Virus record (IMG/VR): IMGVR_UViG_3300025117_000034
Origin: a virus
Lineage: Duplodnaviria; Heunggongvirae; Uroviricota; Caudoviricetes
Reading direction: 5' to 3' (one strand)
Length of the DNA: 64,000 nucleotides
In this document: positions 24,750 through 32,968 of the stretch, in pieces
Numbering within the stretch: the first letter of the stretch is position 1
How the letters are laid out: each line of letters opens with the position of its first letter
The notes under the pieces: model-generated
Databases searched by the model: none
What the model saw: only the letters and a program-made list of their open reading frames with translations
Told to the model about the DNA's origin: nothing
Position numbers and translations under genes: made by a program

Positions 24750-25271
24750 TTACTTCTTGGCGATGCGCTGCTCCTTGACAACCTCGACCTGACCCTTGGC
24801 CATCAGGGCATTGGCGATCTTCGCACCAAAGGCCTTCTTCAGGCCCGCTGCCGTGGCCGTGACGGCAACGATACCATTGTGCGCGTCCTCGACCTTGACT
24901 TCGCCCGTCGGCTTCACAGCGTCACTGTAGAGCCCTTCCACGCCCGTCAGCTCCTGCAGCTTCTGTGCCGTGGTGAAGGCCGCTTCCCGCAGCTGTGCCG
25001 TGTCCGTGAGCTTCACCTGCTCGACCTCTTCCACCGGCAGAAGCCCAGCGTCCACAATGGCCTGCAGCGTCTCGCTCTGCACAGCCATGGCATCCTTGAC
25101 CGCATCCCGCGCAGCCGTCACCGCCCGCCGCTGATCGGCCAGAAGGGCCCGCAGCTCCCGATGGGACTTCTGCTTCAACTGCGCCAGCAACGCCGAGTCC
25201 TTGACACTGGGCTCACCTGCGACAAGCTCAAAGCCTGCCGGTACAACACTGTTCAACAATGCATTAGCCAT
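24750..25271 (-). CDS. hypothetical Ala/Glu/Lys/Val-rich protein on a GC-rich island (moron)
   Basis: The ORF is clearly more GC-rich than its flanks. Start moved to MANALL (AAGGGG RBS). Terminator downstream and hairpins upstream. Confidence 0.5.
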   Translation of the reverse strand: MANALLNSVVPAGFELVAGEPSVKDSALLAQLKQKSHRELRALLADQRRAVTAARDAVKDAMAVQSETLQAIVDAGLLPVEEVEQVKLTDTAQLREAAFTTAQKLQELTGVEGLYSDAVKPTGEVKVEDAHNGIVAVTATAAGLKKAFGAKIANALMAKGQVEVVKEQRIAKK

Positions 25272-25351
25272 GATGCTAACCCCTTGTACTACATGGGTGC
25301 TACCCCGCCCCGCCAATGGCAGTTATATTGGGATAGGTCACCCATTGCTAC

Positions 25352-25389
25352 AGATACAACAATGCCGTCAATGGTTGCGGATACATTGA
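25352..25389. repeat. perfect 14-bp inverted repeat (caatgccgtcaatg/cattgacggcattg) plus adjacent GC hairpin 25419..25447
   Basis: Seen directly. Lies at the boundary between the GC-rich island and an AT-rich gene-poor stretch. Confidence 0.6.
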
Positions 25390-25872
25390 CGGCATTGTAT
25401 ACTTTGTTTTAATTGGTTGGGCAAAGTTGAACCCCGCCGGACATTGATTGGCGGGGTTACATGGTAAGCATAACTCTAACCTTGTGAGGGGTTTCTATTC
25501 CCTCTGACTTCCTCTGACACCATAAGTATACCATAGGGGGGGACCCGCCCGACCGAGCTCCTTCCCAATCACCGAACTCCACCAATATCCAGGCCACAAA
25601 GCCAAACTCAACTATCCTAGCGAACCCCAACCCACCCAATCACACTATACAAAATATGTACATAGCCCTACAAAAAATGCACAGTCCTACCCAGCAAACC
25701 CTCCCAGTTATAACATAACTCTATAAGAATATACCTGGTAAGTTTAGTTACCAGTGTACACCCTAGATGTTCAATTATTGAACGATGGATCTCTAAGTAC
25801 ATCAAGGTAGGAACTTGTATAGCAGTACTTATTAAATGTTCTTACTAGTCTTTACCCTACAAATTAGGTATC

Positions 25873-26028
25873 ACTATGAGAGATATATATGAGAGATATA
25901 CATGTCATCCACAGGTGTTCCGTATACTGCATCTGCATAGTCAGCTATACAATCCATATCCTCTTTATTTACACCCAAGTTTATAGCTGTCTTTAGTGCT
26001 AGATCTATTCTTTCCTGTCGTGTCATAG
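25873..26028 (-). CDS. small ORF (~49 aa) with KEDM motif, possibly decayed
   Basis: Own translation MTRQERIDLALKTAINLGVNKEDMDCIADYADAVYGTPVDDM... An adjacent frame-shifted paralogous segment (LGIDKENMDSVIETLRECGI) suggests decay. Confidence 0.25.
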
Positions 26029-26090
26029 TTACTAGATACCACATTCCCTCAAAGTTTCTATTACAGAATCCATATTCTCTTTATCTATAC

Positions 26091-26270
26091 CTAGGAATCT
26101 ATCCATTGTACATCCCTTGGATCAAATGAATACACATAATTAAGTTCTTTACATAGATCTATAGCTCTTCTTATTAGGATATGCATATCTTCCTTATGAG
26201 TTCCATAGTCTTGTTGTTCAATTCTAATAACTTTAGTTAGGTTAACAGTTCTTGTAGTCACTATACTCAT
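26091..26270 (-). CDS. small ORF (~59 aa) with KEDM motif, ATGA-coupled
   Basis: Own translation MSIVTTRTVNLTKVIRIEQQDYGTHKEDMHILIRRAIDLCKELNYVYSFDPRDVQWIDS. Its ATG overlaps the TGA of 26267..26545. Coordinates are approximate (+/-2). Confidence 0.35.
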   Translation of the reverse strand: MSIVTTRTVNLTKVIRIEQQDYGTHKEDMHILIRRAIDLCKELNYVYSFDPRDVQWIDS

Positions 26271-26545
26271 TGTTCTATCTCCCTATTAAACTCTTCGAGT
26301 GCCTTCTGTGCTACTCTGGCAGAGTACTCCCCATCTTCCGAGATAGATATATTTTCCAATGCCTTATGCATTATGTTGTTCTGTCGGTTTAAGTTATGGT
26401 TTACAGCAATTACTTCCCGGCACTTTTCTTCCCAAGACGTTATATTAGGCACACCCCTCACGAAATCAATTCCTCTTCTACTAGGTGGAGGAGGTGGTGT
26501 AGGTTTAACTGCGTCAACCGGACGTGGTATAGGTTGTTTCCTCAT
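26267..26545 (-). CDS. hypothetical protein (Pro-rich segment)
   Basis: ORF track, 92 aa. Confidence 0.45.
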   Translation of the reverse strand: MRKQPIPRPVDAVKPTPPPPPSRRGIDFVRGVPNITSWEEKCREVIAVNHNLNRQNNIMHKALENISISEDGEYSARVAQKALEEFNREIEQ

Positions 26546-26730
26546 TGTTCTTTCCTCTCTATACGTTCTCCTATCTCATAATCATTTGGGTCTTCGGTAC
26601 AACCTGCTAACCACAATACTGGTCTACTTAGGCGTTCGTACCTCGCTACTACCCACTCTGATTTCTTATCCTTACTCTTAACCCAATAGTAACCATCAGT
26701 TAGATCTTTCAATTCTAGCCCCCATTTCAT
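26542..26730 (-). CDS. mini-protein, GYYWVKSK family
   Basis: Tandem paralog pair: GYYWVKSKDKKSEWVVARYE...VLWLAG..EDPNDYEIGERIER. Confidence 0.5.
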   Translation of the reverse strand: MKWGLELKDLTDGYYWVKSKDKKSEWVVARYERLSRPVLWLAGCTEDPNDYEIGERIERKEQ

Positions 26731-26884
26731 AGTCCTTTGGATCTTCGTCTACATCCCAACCTGTTATCCACAAAACTCCTTTTCTTAAACAGTTCTTATC
26801 TGGTTCATACCTAGCTACTTCCCATTCAGAGTCCTTATTAATCTTAGACTTAACCCAATAGTAACCAGCTATGGCGTTCTTCAT
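26696..26884 (-). CDS. mini-protein, GYYWVKSK family
   Basis: GYYWVKSKINKDSEWEVARYE...VLWITG..EDPKDYEMGARIER. Confidence 0.5.
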   Translation of the reverse strand: MKNAIAGYYWVKSKINKDSEWEVARYEPDKNCLRKGVLWITGWDVDEDPKDYEMGARIERSN

Positions 26885-26905
26885 TCAATGCGCTCTCCTG
26901 TGTCT

Positions 26906-27190
26906 TCAAATGTATATGTACTTTACCTTCTGTCTATCTGCCCTGTATACAATGCTACGCATATACTTAGCAGTATCAAGTGGATAAGGATCTGTATACA
27001 TAATCCTTCTACATCTTAGCCTTTGCTCTTTGCATTCCTCAAGTACTTTGGCTATGACTTCCTTGATGTCTTCCTCTGTAAACTCCACAGGTATATCATA
27101 CTTGGATACATGTTTCTCTGTGTTTATAACGGACTCCCTCTCCTGCTCTTTACTATCCCAATCCTCATATACAACACAAGTGTGGTTCAT
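26906..27190 (-). CDS. hypothetical protein
   Basis: ORF track, 94 aa. Confidence 0.5.
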   Translation of the reverse strand: MNHTCVVYEDWDSKEQERESVINTEKHVSKYDIPVEFTEEDIKEVIAKVLEECKEQRLRCRRIMYTDPYPLDTAKYMRSIVYRADRQKVKYIYI

Positions 27191-27193
27191 TTA

Positions 27194-27334
27194 TTAACCC
27201 TTTCTAAACAGTACGCAGTACAACACCAAAATGGGTACCCAAACAGGAGACAGTATTATGACAGAGCAAATAACTCCAATAGTCAAGCTGATTAACCCAT
27301 CTATACTGCTGTTCCCTGTAATACGCATTGTCAT
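27194..27334 (-). CDS. small hydrophobic ORF (~46 aa, TM)
   Basis: Own translation MTMRITGNSSIDGLISLTIGVICSVIILSPVWVPILVLYCVLFRKG. Starts 1 nt after the upstream TAG. Its stop abuts the next ATG. Confidence 0.3.
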   Translation of the reverse strand: MTMRITGNSSIDGLISLTIGVICSVIILSPVWVPILVLYCVLFRKG

Positions 27335-27487
27335 CTATCTGTCCTCTCCCTCTCTGTTCCATCCAGTGTCTGGATAAGCTGGATAGAAGTTTATGAAGTT
27401 ATCTACATGTATTATCATGTTCTCTTTATGTACATTGAAGTCTCTGAATGCTACAATTAGATCCTCCATGAATTGCCTGTTTATCAT
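27335..27487 (-). CDS. small ORF (~50 aa), VHKENM family, ATGA-coupled
   Basis: Own translation MINRQFMEDLIVAFRDFNVHKENMIIHVDNFINFYPAYPDTGWNREGEDR. Confidence 0.35.
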   Translation of the reverse strand: MINRQFMEDLIVAFRDFNVHKENMIIHVDNFINFYPAYPDTGWNREGEDR

Positions 27488-27678
27488 ATAGCTACCTGGC
27501 CCTCTTCATCATCCCACACAATACGAACTCTACGTGGGTTAACAATAAAGGAGCTACGTGCCTGAGCTTGGGCTATGCTTATGTCTATATGTTCCTTGTT
27601 CACTCCCCATCTCTGACATTGCTCTATGAGTTCTTCCCCTTTAATTACATAATAGGTATCCATAAGACTAGCCATCAA
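27484..27678 (-). CDS. hypothetical protein
   Basis: ORF track, 64 aa. Confidence 0.45.
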   Translation of the reverse strand: MMASLMDTYYVIKGEELIEQCQRWGVNKEHIDISIAQAQARSSFIVNPRRVRIVWDDEEGQVAI

Positions 27679-27806
27679 TCAATGATCCTTCATATAAACT
27701 CTTTATTACATCTACATTAACATATATATGCATATCTTCTTTATCCCTAGGTATAATCGGACCAGGTACCTCATATCTATAGCCCTGCACATGCTCTATG
27801 TGGTAC

Positions 27807-27962
27807 CTAAGCAGTTGAGTGATTGTCCATTTCATTGGCTACCTCCTCATAGAAATGTGTAACCCAGTTGGGCAGTGAATCATGTGCACACATATTCTCT
27901 TTATGTACACCAAAGGATTGCAGCCCTCTTATGAATAACTCAATCCTTCCCAGGTTTATCAT
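27807..27962 (-). CDS. small ORF (~51 aa), VHKENM family, TGATG-coupled
   Basis: Own translation MINLGRIELFIRGLQSFGVHKENMCAHDSLPNWVTHFYEEVANEMDNHSTA. Paralog of 27335..27487. Confidence 0.35.
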   Translation of the reverse strand: MINLGRIELFIRGLQSFGVHKENMCAHDSLPNWVTHFYEEVANEMDNHSTA

Positions 27963-28270
27963 CACGGTACCAATGTATCTCCTCTATCCCTCGCTACCTT
28001 CTTTATCATATCTAAGTCTATATAACAGTGCATTCTCTCTTTGTGTATAACATAGGTATTACTAGCTGGCCTACTATAAATAGGTATCTGTACCCCATTG
28101 ACAAATGTCTTCATGATAAGCAATGCACTACATACTCCAGGAGGTAATGCAGCGGTCTCTGGAATACCCTCAAAGTCATCATCTACGTCATCCTCAAAGT
28201 CTTCTGAATCCCAATCATTATCAAGCAGTATCATTAGTATATCCTGTTCCAGATCCAGGGTGATGGCCAT
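27962..28270 (-). CDS. acidic hypothetical protein
   Basis: ORF track, 102 aa. Confidence 0.45.
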   Translation of the reverse strand: MAITLDLEQDILMILLDNDWDSEDFEDDVDDDFEGIPETAALPPGVCSALLIMKTFVNGVQIPIYSRPASNTYVIHKERMHCYIDLDMIKKVARDRGDTLVP

Positions 28271-28440
28271 ATGTACATACTGAACTCCTCTGCCGCATCA
28301 TCACAAGAATCCTTCAGCACAACCTTTAAGTAGTTACTCATATCCTCTTTGTGCACATTACGTAGATGACCATTAGGACCAAGTCTTATAGCAACAGCAT
28401 CAATAATCTTGTGCTCGTTCTTACCAGTTATGAGTATCAT
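28234..28440 (-). CDS. hypothetical protein (internal NVHKEDM motif)
   Basis: ORF track. ATGA overlap with the upstream stop. Confidence 0.45.
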   Translation of the reverse strand: MILITGKNEHKIIDAVAIRLGPNGHLRNVHKEDMSNYLKVVLKDSCDDAAEEFSMYIWPSPWIWNRIY

Positions 28441-28637
28441 TGAGGTGTACCATCAGGCCCCATAAAGATGAACTTCTCTATCATATTTTCCTTGTTTGTG
28501 CATGGGAAGTACGAAGTAATTATGTCACTTATGTCCTTAACAGACGGGACAGTGCCATACGAAACCTCCACAACTGTGGAGAAGCTAGCACTGAGGTAGT
28601 CATTACCAACGTAGGTCATATTAAAAGCTATCTCCAT
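28437..28637 (-). CDS. hypothetical protein
   Basis: ORF track, 66 aa. Confidence 0.45.
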   Translation of the reverse strand: MEIAFNMTYVGNDYLSASFSTVVEVSYGTVPSVKDISDIITSYFPCTNKENMIEKFIFMGPDGTPQ

Positions 28638-28668
28638 GTCTATATTATACCATAGATTAGATTAACAA

Positions 28669-29067
28669 TCAAGGGGTTGATGGAGGATCATCCACGAATT
28701 GTATCTGCCCTGTGTACATTGGAGTATATGTACCCCTGCTAACATTGTATCTATACATGGAATCCATTGCCTTAACGAATGCAGCATGTGCTTCCCCTGC
28801 ATCCCTTATGAGCACGTTCTTATAATGCATACCATCCTTGTCTATCTTAAGGATCTCCTCACCACCTATCGTAAACACTACATTATCATGTGGCTGGGGA
28901 TCCTGATAAACGTAACCAGTGCTAACTGTGCTACGTGCATGCCAAGGTTCATATATAACACGAGTGTCCAGAGCTCCCCAATCAATAGTATCAGCACTAT
29001 GTATGGTATACGCGTACCGCTGATGAATAGAAGTATCCCCAGTTGTGTCTCCACCTGTCCAGTCCAT
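28669..29067 (-). CDS. hypothetical protein
   Basis: ORF track, 132 aa. Confidence 0.5.
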   Translation of the reverse strand: MDWTGGDTTGDTSIHQRYAYTIHSADTIDWGALDTRVIYEPWHARSTVSTGYVYQDPQPHDNVVFTIGGEEILKIDKDGMHYKNVLIRDAGEAHAAFVKAMDSMYRYNVSRGTYTPMYTGQIQFVDDPPSTP

Positions 29068-29364
29068 TTAATCCACCCGCCCTTTCAATAATGCATCCGC
29101 GTACTTAAGTATATTCTCTTTATTTACATAGGAGTTAAGTCTCTCAATCTTCCTTCTCAATATTTCCCTTGGATAGAAGTACAGCCTAACACCAAGAGAC
29201 GTACCTATGTTATCCTCCTGATCTATACTCAGTATTGAGCATGGAATATGCTCTGGTGGTACTGTTATATCAGTAAAAATAAAAGGTGATATATATGGTT
29301 GTTCATTGTCTATAAAGGGTAACTCAAAGCTAATGGTAGTTTCTCCTGCTAGTATGCGCTCCAT
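29068..29364 (-). CDS. hypothetical protein (C-terminal RLNSYVNKENILKY)
   Basis: ORF track. C-terminus paralogous to that of 29370..29780. Confidence 0.5.
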   Translation of the reverse strand: MERILAGETTISFELPFIDNEQPYISPFIFTDITVPPEHIPCSILSIDQEDNIGTSLGVRLYFYPREILRRKIERLNSYVNKENILKYADALLKGRVD

Positions 29365-29369
29365 AGTTA

Positions 29370-29780
29370 TTACCTCAACTGCTTAGTGTACTTACTCATA
29401 TCCTCTTTGTTCACGTACTCATTAAGCCTTATAATCCTATACTTTATATCCTCACCAACAATCTTATTGATGAACACACGCTGCATTGTGTGACCATTCC
29501 ATATATTGAGAAAGCTACCCTGCTGACCAAGGTAAGTATCATCAGACCCATACCTATAGTCCATCCAGAAGACCTGACCAGTAGTACGATCCATAGGCTG
29601 GACAGATACAACATCTTCCAACCAACTATTCCAGAACTCCTGGCTGTATCTTCTGTTAGTATTTGGTCCTAGAGCTTGCGTAAGCATGGATACTCCGACA
29701 AAAGCGGCTTCTGTAACTCTCTCAACAGTATACTCTATATAGTTGTTTACTGTACTTATAACGTTAGATACAATGGACAT
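29370..29780 (-). CDS. hypothetical protein carrying a major-capsid-protein (gp23-like) N-terminal fragment
   Basis: EDVVSVQPMDRTTGQVFWMDYRYG is near-identical to DDIVSVQPMDRKTGQVFWLDYQYE in the MCP gene 48451..49932. C-terminal RLNEYVNKEDMSKY. Confidence 0.5.
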   Translation of the reverse strand: MSIVSNVISTVNNYIEYTVERVTEAAFVGVSMLTQALGPNTNRRYSQEFWNSWLEDVVSVQPMDRTTGQVFWMDYRYGSDDTYLGQQGSFLNIWNGHTMQRVFINKIVGEDIKYRIIRLNEYVNKEDMSKYTKQLR

Positions 29781-29782
29781 TA

Positions 29783-30073
29783 CTACTTAGCTCTCAGCTG
29801 ATCAATCTCAGCCTGGGCATAGCCAAGCTCCCTTGACACACGGGACAACTCCTTGAGTGCCAGGTTCAATTGATCCCTTGTACTGATCTCCCTGTCAACT
29901 GCCTCGCATACATAGCGATACGCAGGGGTGTAGTACTGGCTATGGAAAGGGATCCTCTGCTGCAGAGCTGACTTCCTGGTGTTGCACTCTGCAGCTGTAC
30001 TGATAGCAGCCATCTGCATCCTATATAATTCTATGGAGTTAAGGTGCTCGTTGCTCTCAAACTGGTTGTCCAT
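29783..30073 (-). CDS. hypothetical protein
   Basis: ORF track, 96 aa. Confidence 0.5.
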   Translation of the reverse strand: MDNQFESNEHLNSIELYRMQMAAISTAAECNTRKSALQQRIPFHSQYYTPAYRYVCEAVDREISTRDQLNLALKELSRVSRELGYAQAEIDQLRAK

Positions 30074-30335
30074 TATTGTTAACCTCCGTTGACCACGACT
30101 GGATCATATCAAACACTCTACTTCCTACAGGGAACACATTGGGTTGAATGTACCTAGGATTAAAGAGAGGAATATAATTGTGCATGTGTTCCTTGTCTAC
30201 ACATAAACGCCTACATGAAACCACTATACGGCACATACCCTCATAGGAGATCATGTGATCAGCATTAGTAACTGCACGAGGTACGCATCCAAGTATTGAG
30301 CCCATATGTACGTCTGCTATAGTTAATGATCTCAC
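30057..30335 (-). CDS. hypothetical protein
   Basis: ORF track, 92 aa. Confidence 0.45.
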   Translation of the reverse strand: MRSLTIADVHMGSILGCVPRAVTNADHMISYEGMCRIVVSCRRLCVDKEHMHNYIPLFNPRYIQPNVFPVGSRVFDMIQSWSTEVNNNGQPV

Positions 30336-30386
30336 TGGATCTCTCCTGTCCTATACTTACATTGTACTACATATCTCCTTTATATT

Positions 30387-30815
30387 CTAGTCTTCTGGAT
30401 AATAGTTCTTGTTACCATGCCTGTGCTCGTCATCCATATCATTAGCTTCTCTCTCAGCTATAGCCTTCTTCTTGCGCAGCTCTGCCTCAATGGAATCAAT
30501 GGGCCACACCATACACTGCTCCCGCTTGTATGTGTCGGAGAAGATGCACTGCTCATCAGGTAGCATGTTGCAGAACTTAACCTGTAATGTTTCCGGTACG
30601 TTATCATAGCTCTTACGCATTACATCCACAGCTTCCTCTGGGCTTGATGCCTTGATAGCCCCAACCATAATGTCATTCATGTCACAGTCCATACCAGTGA
30701 TCCACCAAGGACCATGGTACTCAAACTCCTTCTTGCTACAAGGAGAGATCCAGCTTAGGAAGTACGTGTGCTTAGGTAGTTCCTTCTTAGTCCTCTTCTT
30801 AACTCTACTAGCCAT
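30387..30815 (-). CDS. hypothetical protein
   Basis: ORF track, 142 aa. Confidence 0.5.
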   Translation of the reverse strand: MASRVKKRTKKELPKHTYFLSWISPCSKKEFEYHGPWWITGMDCDMNDIMVGAIKASSPEEAVDVMRKSYDNVPETLQVKFCNMLPDEQCIFSDTYKREQCMVWPIDSIEAELRKKKAIAEREANDMDDEHRHGNKNYYPED

Positions 30816-31369
30816 TAAACCTTACCCTCCCTAGCGAACCGTTCTAGTATGATCCATGCCTTTGCACTGATCATTGCACTGCTATCCTTAAGTAGATCTG
30901 AAACCTCTGCTCGAGTTGCTACATAAGTAGTTATGTCCTCTGAGTCCTGTAGGTCAGGTTCTCCTACACCACCACGTGCCTCACAGTATACAATGGCTAT
31001 AGCTTCATCTGTAAGGCCAGCTGAGTTATACACAAAAGGACTTACACGATTTATACCGAAGAGTGAAAACCCTGTCTCTTCCTTGATCTCCCTGTATGCT
31101 GCGTCCTCAACGCTCTCCCCATCATCTATGAGCCCTGCAGGGAACCCCCACTCGTAGCCGCCAAGAGGTGCCCTGTACTCCCTAGTGATAATAATGTTGT
31201 CACCTATGGTAGCCACAATCATTACAGCGTTGACACCAGTACGCCTTGTGACGAACTGCCAATGCTTTGTGTTACCCTTGATCTCATATGTCCTATCAAT
31301 GAAGGACAGGTGGTTGGTACCAGCTAGGAGCTCATCACCGTCCCCTAGCTTTATTGGATTACGTCTCAT
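30815..31369 (-). CDS. Nudix hydrolase, ADP-ribose pyrophosphatase-like
   Basis: Nudix box GGYEWGFPAGLIDDGESVEDAAYREIKEETG (G-x5-E-x7-REuxEExG). Overall layout as in ADPRase/NudF. Confidence 0.8.
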   Translation of the reverse strand: MRRNPIKLGDGDELLAGTNHLSFIDRTYEIKGNTKHWQFVTRRTGVNAVMIVATIGDNIIITREYRAPLGGYEWGFPAGLIDDGESVEDAAYREIKEETGFSLFGINRVSPFVYNSAGLTDEAIAIVYCEARGGVGEPDLQDSEDITTYVATRAEVSDLLKDSSAMISAKAWIILERFAREGKV

Positions 31370-31386
31370 GTGTAACTCCTTTAAAA

Positions 31387-31458
31387 TGGAGGGAGTGGCG
31401 AGACTTGAACTCGCAACCCCATGATCAGTGGTGCTCTATCCATTGAGCTACCTGCCCA
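31387..31458 (-). tRNA. tRNA-like element / degenerate tRNA (perfect D- and T-arms, 3-bp anticodon stem, mismatched acceptor)
   Basis: RC: GGGCAGG-TA-GCTC-AATGGATA-GAGC-A-CCA-CTGATCA-TGG-GGTT-GCGAG-TTCAAGT-CTCGC-CACTCCC-T-CCA. The acceptor pairs at only 4 of 7 positions. Anticodon would be GAT. Confidence 0.35.
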
Positions 31459-31580
31459 TAAATGCGCTGGCATCTATTATCAACCACTCACTCGCTCAGC
31501 TGTGGGCCTCATAGCTAGCGGCTGTTTATTACTGCGTGGTCTGAACACCACACCCCTACGGATCAGCGCATGTATAACTG

Positions 31581-32405
31581 TTAAGGAACCTGAATCATTG
31601 CTGTAGTGTTGTTTCCTAGAACCGTGGTAGGCATTGCACCATTCCATCTCTCAATCCAACGCAGCTGAAGAACCTGTGGGCTCTGAGCCAGGGCCTGGGC
31701 AGTAAGACGGATAGCCTCAGCCTTACCCTTGGCTTCAGCAATGGCCTGATCAGCTTCAAACCTAACCTGCGCTAGCTTGTTCTCTGCTGCTAGAGCATTC
31801 TGCTCTGCTGTAACCTTGGCCTCAACGGCAGCATTGAAGCTGGGAGAGAAGTCGAAGTTAACAATGTTAAGCTCGTCCACTACAATACCCATGGGGGCAA
31901 GCTTCTCACGCAGTAGAACCTTGATAGCCTCGCGCACCTCTTCACGCTTGGTAACCAGTTCCTCTGCTGTATAACGTGCTGTCACTGACTTCACTGATTC
32001 CTGCAGGGCAGGGTCAATCATACGATCCTTGAAGTCAACACCGAACTGCTGGTAGATAGTTGCCACTGCCTCAGGCTTAATGTTAAAGTTAAGAGCCACA
32101 ACACTATGCACTATCTGAAGATCCTTGGATGCTGCAGAGGCTTCAGTCTGCTTCTTCTGAACACGAACGTCAGCAATGATAACTTCCTGCACGAACGGGA
32201 TCTTAATGTATAGACCTTCACCCTTTACGTCTGAGGACACTGCACCGAACGTAGTAGTAACACCACGCTCACCAGCCCCTACAATACCGAACGTACCACT
32301 GATAGCACATAGAACTAGAACAACCAACACACCACCTACAACAACCTTCCAATTAACAAAGTCCATTGCCTCTCCTTTTATTACCCTCTTGCGGGGTGAT
32401 ATCAT
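31581..32405 (-). CDS. SPFH/band-7 (prohibitin/HflC/stomatin-like) domain protein
   Basis: N-terminal TM, then GLYIKIPFVQEV...TARYTAEELVTKREEV...LAPMGIVVDELNIVNFDFS...AEQNA...EA.GKAEA, a typical SPFH domain with a coiled coil. Confidence 0.85.
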   Translation of the reverse strand: MISPRKRVIKGEAMDFVNWKVVVGGVLVVLVLCAISGTFGIVGAGERGVTTTFGAVSSDVKGEGLYIKIPFVQEVIIADVRVQKKQTEASAASKDLQIVHSVVALNFNIKPEAVATIYQQFGVDFKDRMIDPALQESVKSVTARYTAEELVTKREEVREAIKVLLREKLAPMGIVVDELNIVNFDFSPSFNAAVEAKVTAEQNALAAENKLAQVRFEADQAIAEAKGKAEAIRLTAQALAQSPQVLQLRWIERWNGAMPTTVLGNNTTAMIQVP

Positions 32406-32911
32406 TTTGCTACCTTCTTAGTCACAACATGAGTACACTCAATGTTACTTGGATCACTGCTCATATCATATAGCTGTGCATAAAGAGATGGTGTAAGCCC
32501 TGACTGCCTTCTTCCAGAAGCCAGCTCTCTCCTTCTGATATCAGCTACACGTTCCTTGTATGATGGGTGGTGGTGAATTTGATTAAGATTTTTCTCAATT
32601 CTCACCACCCTACTTAAGAAGTCCAAGTGCTCACAGTTAACACCATTCTTTTTAAGCTCTTCTCTCTTCTGACGATACTTGTTAACACTATACTTATCAA
32701 TGATCTTCTGCAGGCTATCAGTCTTCTTAACCAAGCCAACCTTAGTGCCAACACTGATCAACCCAAGCACAGCCTTGTTGATTAGATCAGTACGCTCCTC
32801 ACCAGATAGAGTAGCGATGTGCTTATCATATGCCCAGTAACCTAGCAGCCCAGCGACGGGCGTTCCAAAACCGTAGACAAAGAACTTGATTACAAAACTC
32901 TCAAAGTCCAT
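32402..32911 (-). CDS. membrane protein, ATGA-coupled partner of the SPFH gene
   Basis: 169 aa. N-terminal hydrophobic helices. Overlaps the SPFH start. Confidence 0.5.
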   Translation of the reverse strand: MDFESFVIKFFVYGFGTPVAGLLGYWAYDKHIATLSGEERTDLINKAVLGLISVGTKVGLVKKTDSLQKIIDKYSVNKYRQKREELKKNGVNCEHLDFLSRVVRIEKNLNQIHHHPSYKERVADIRRRELASGRRQSGLTPSLYAQLYDMSSDPSNIECTHVVTKKVAK

Positions 32912-32968
32912 GTGAATTCTCCTCTAGCTCTTGTTAATATTGTACTACTAGCTGGAAGAGATTTAAAG

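Noticed and set aside
24750-25316. Full-length 188-aa version of the moron gene starting at the first Met
   Set aside because: The internal MANALL start has the AAGGGG RBS. Upstream residues overlap the hairpin region.
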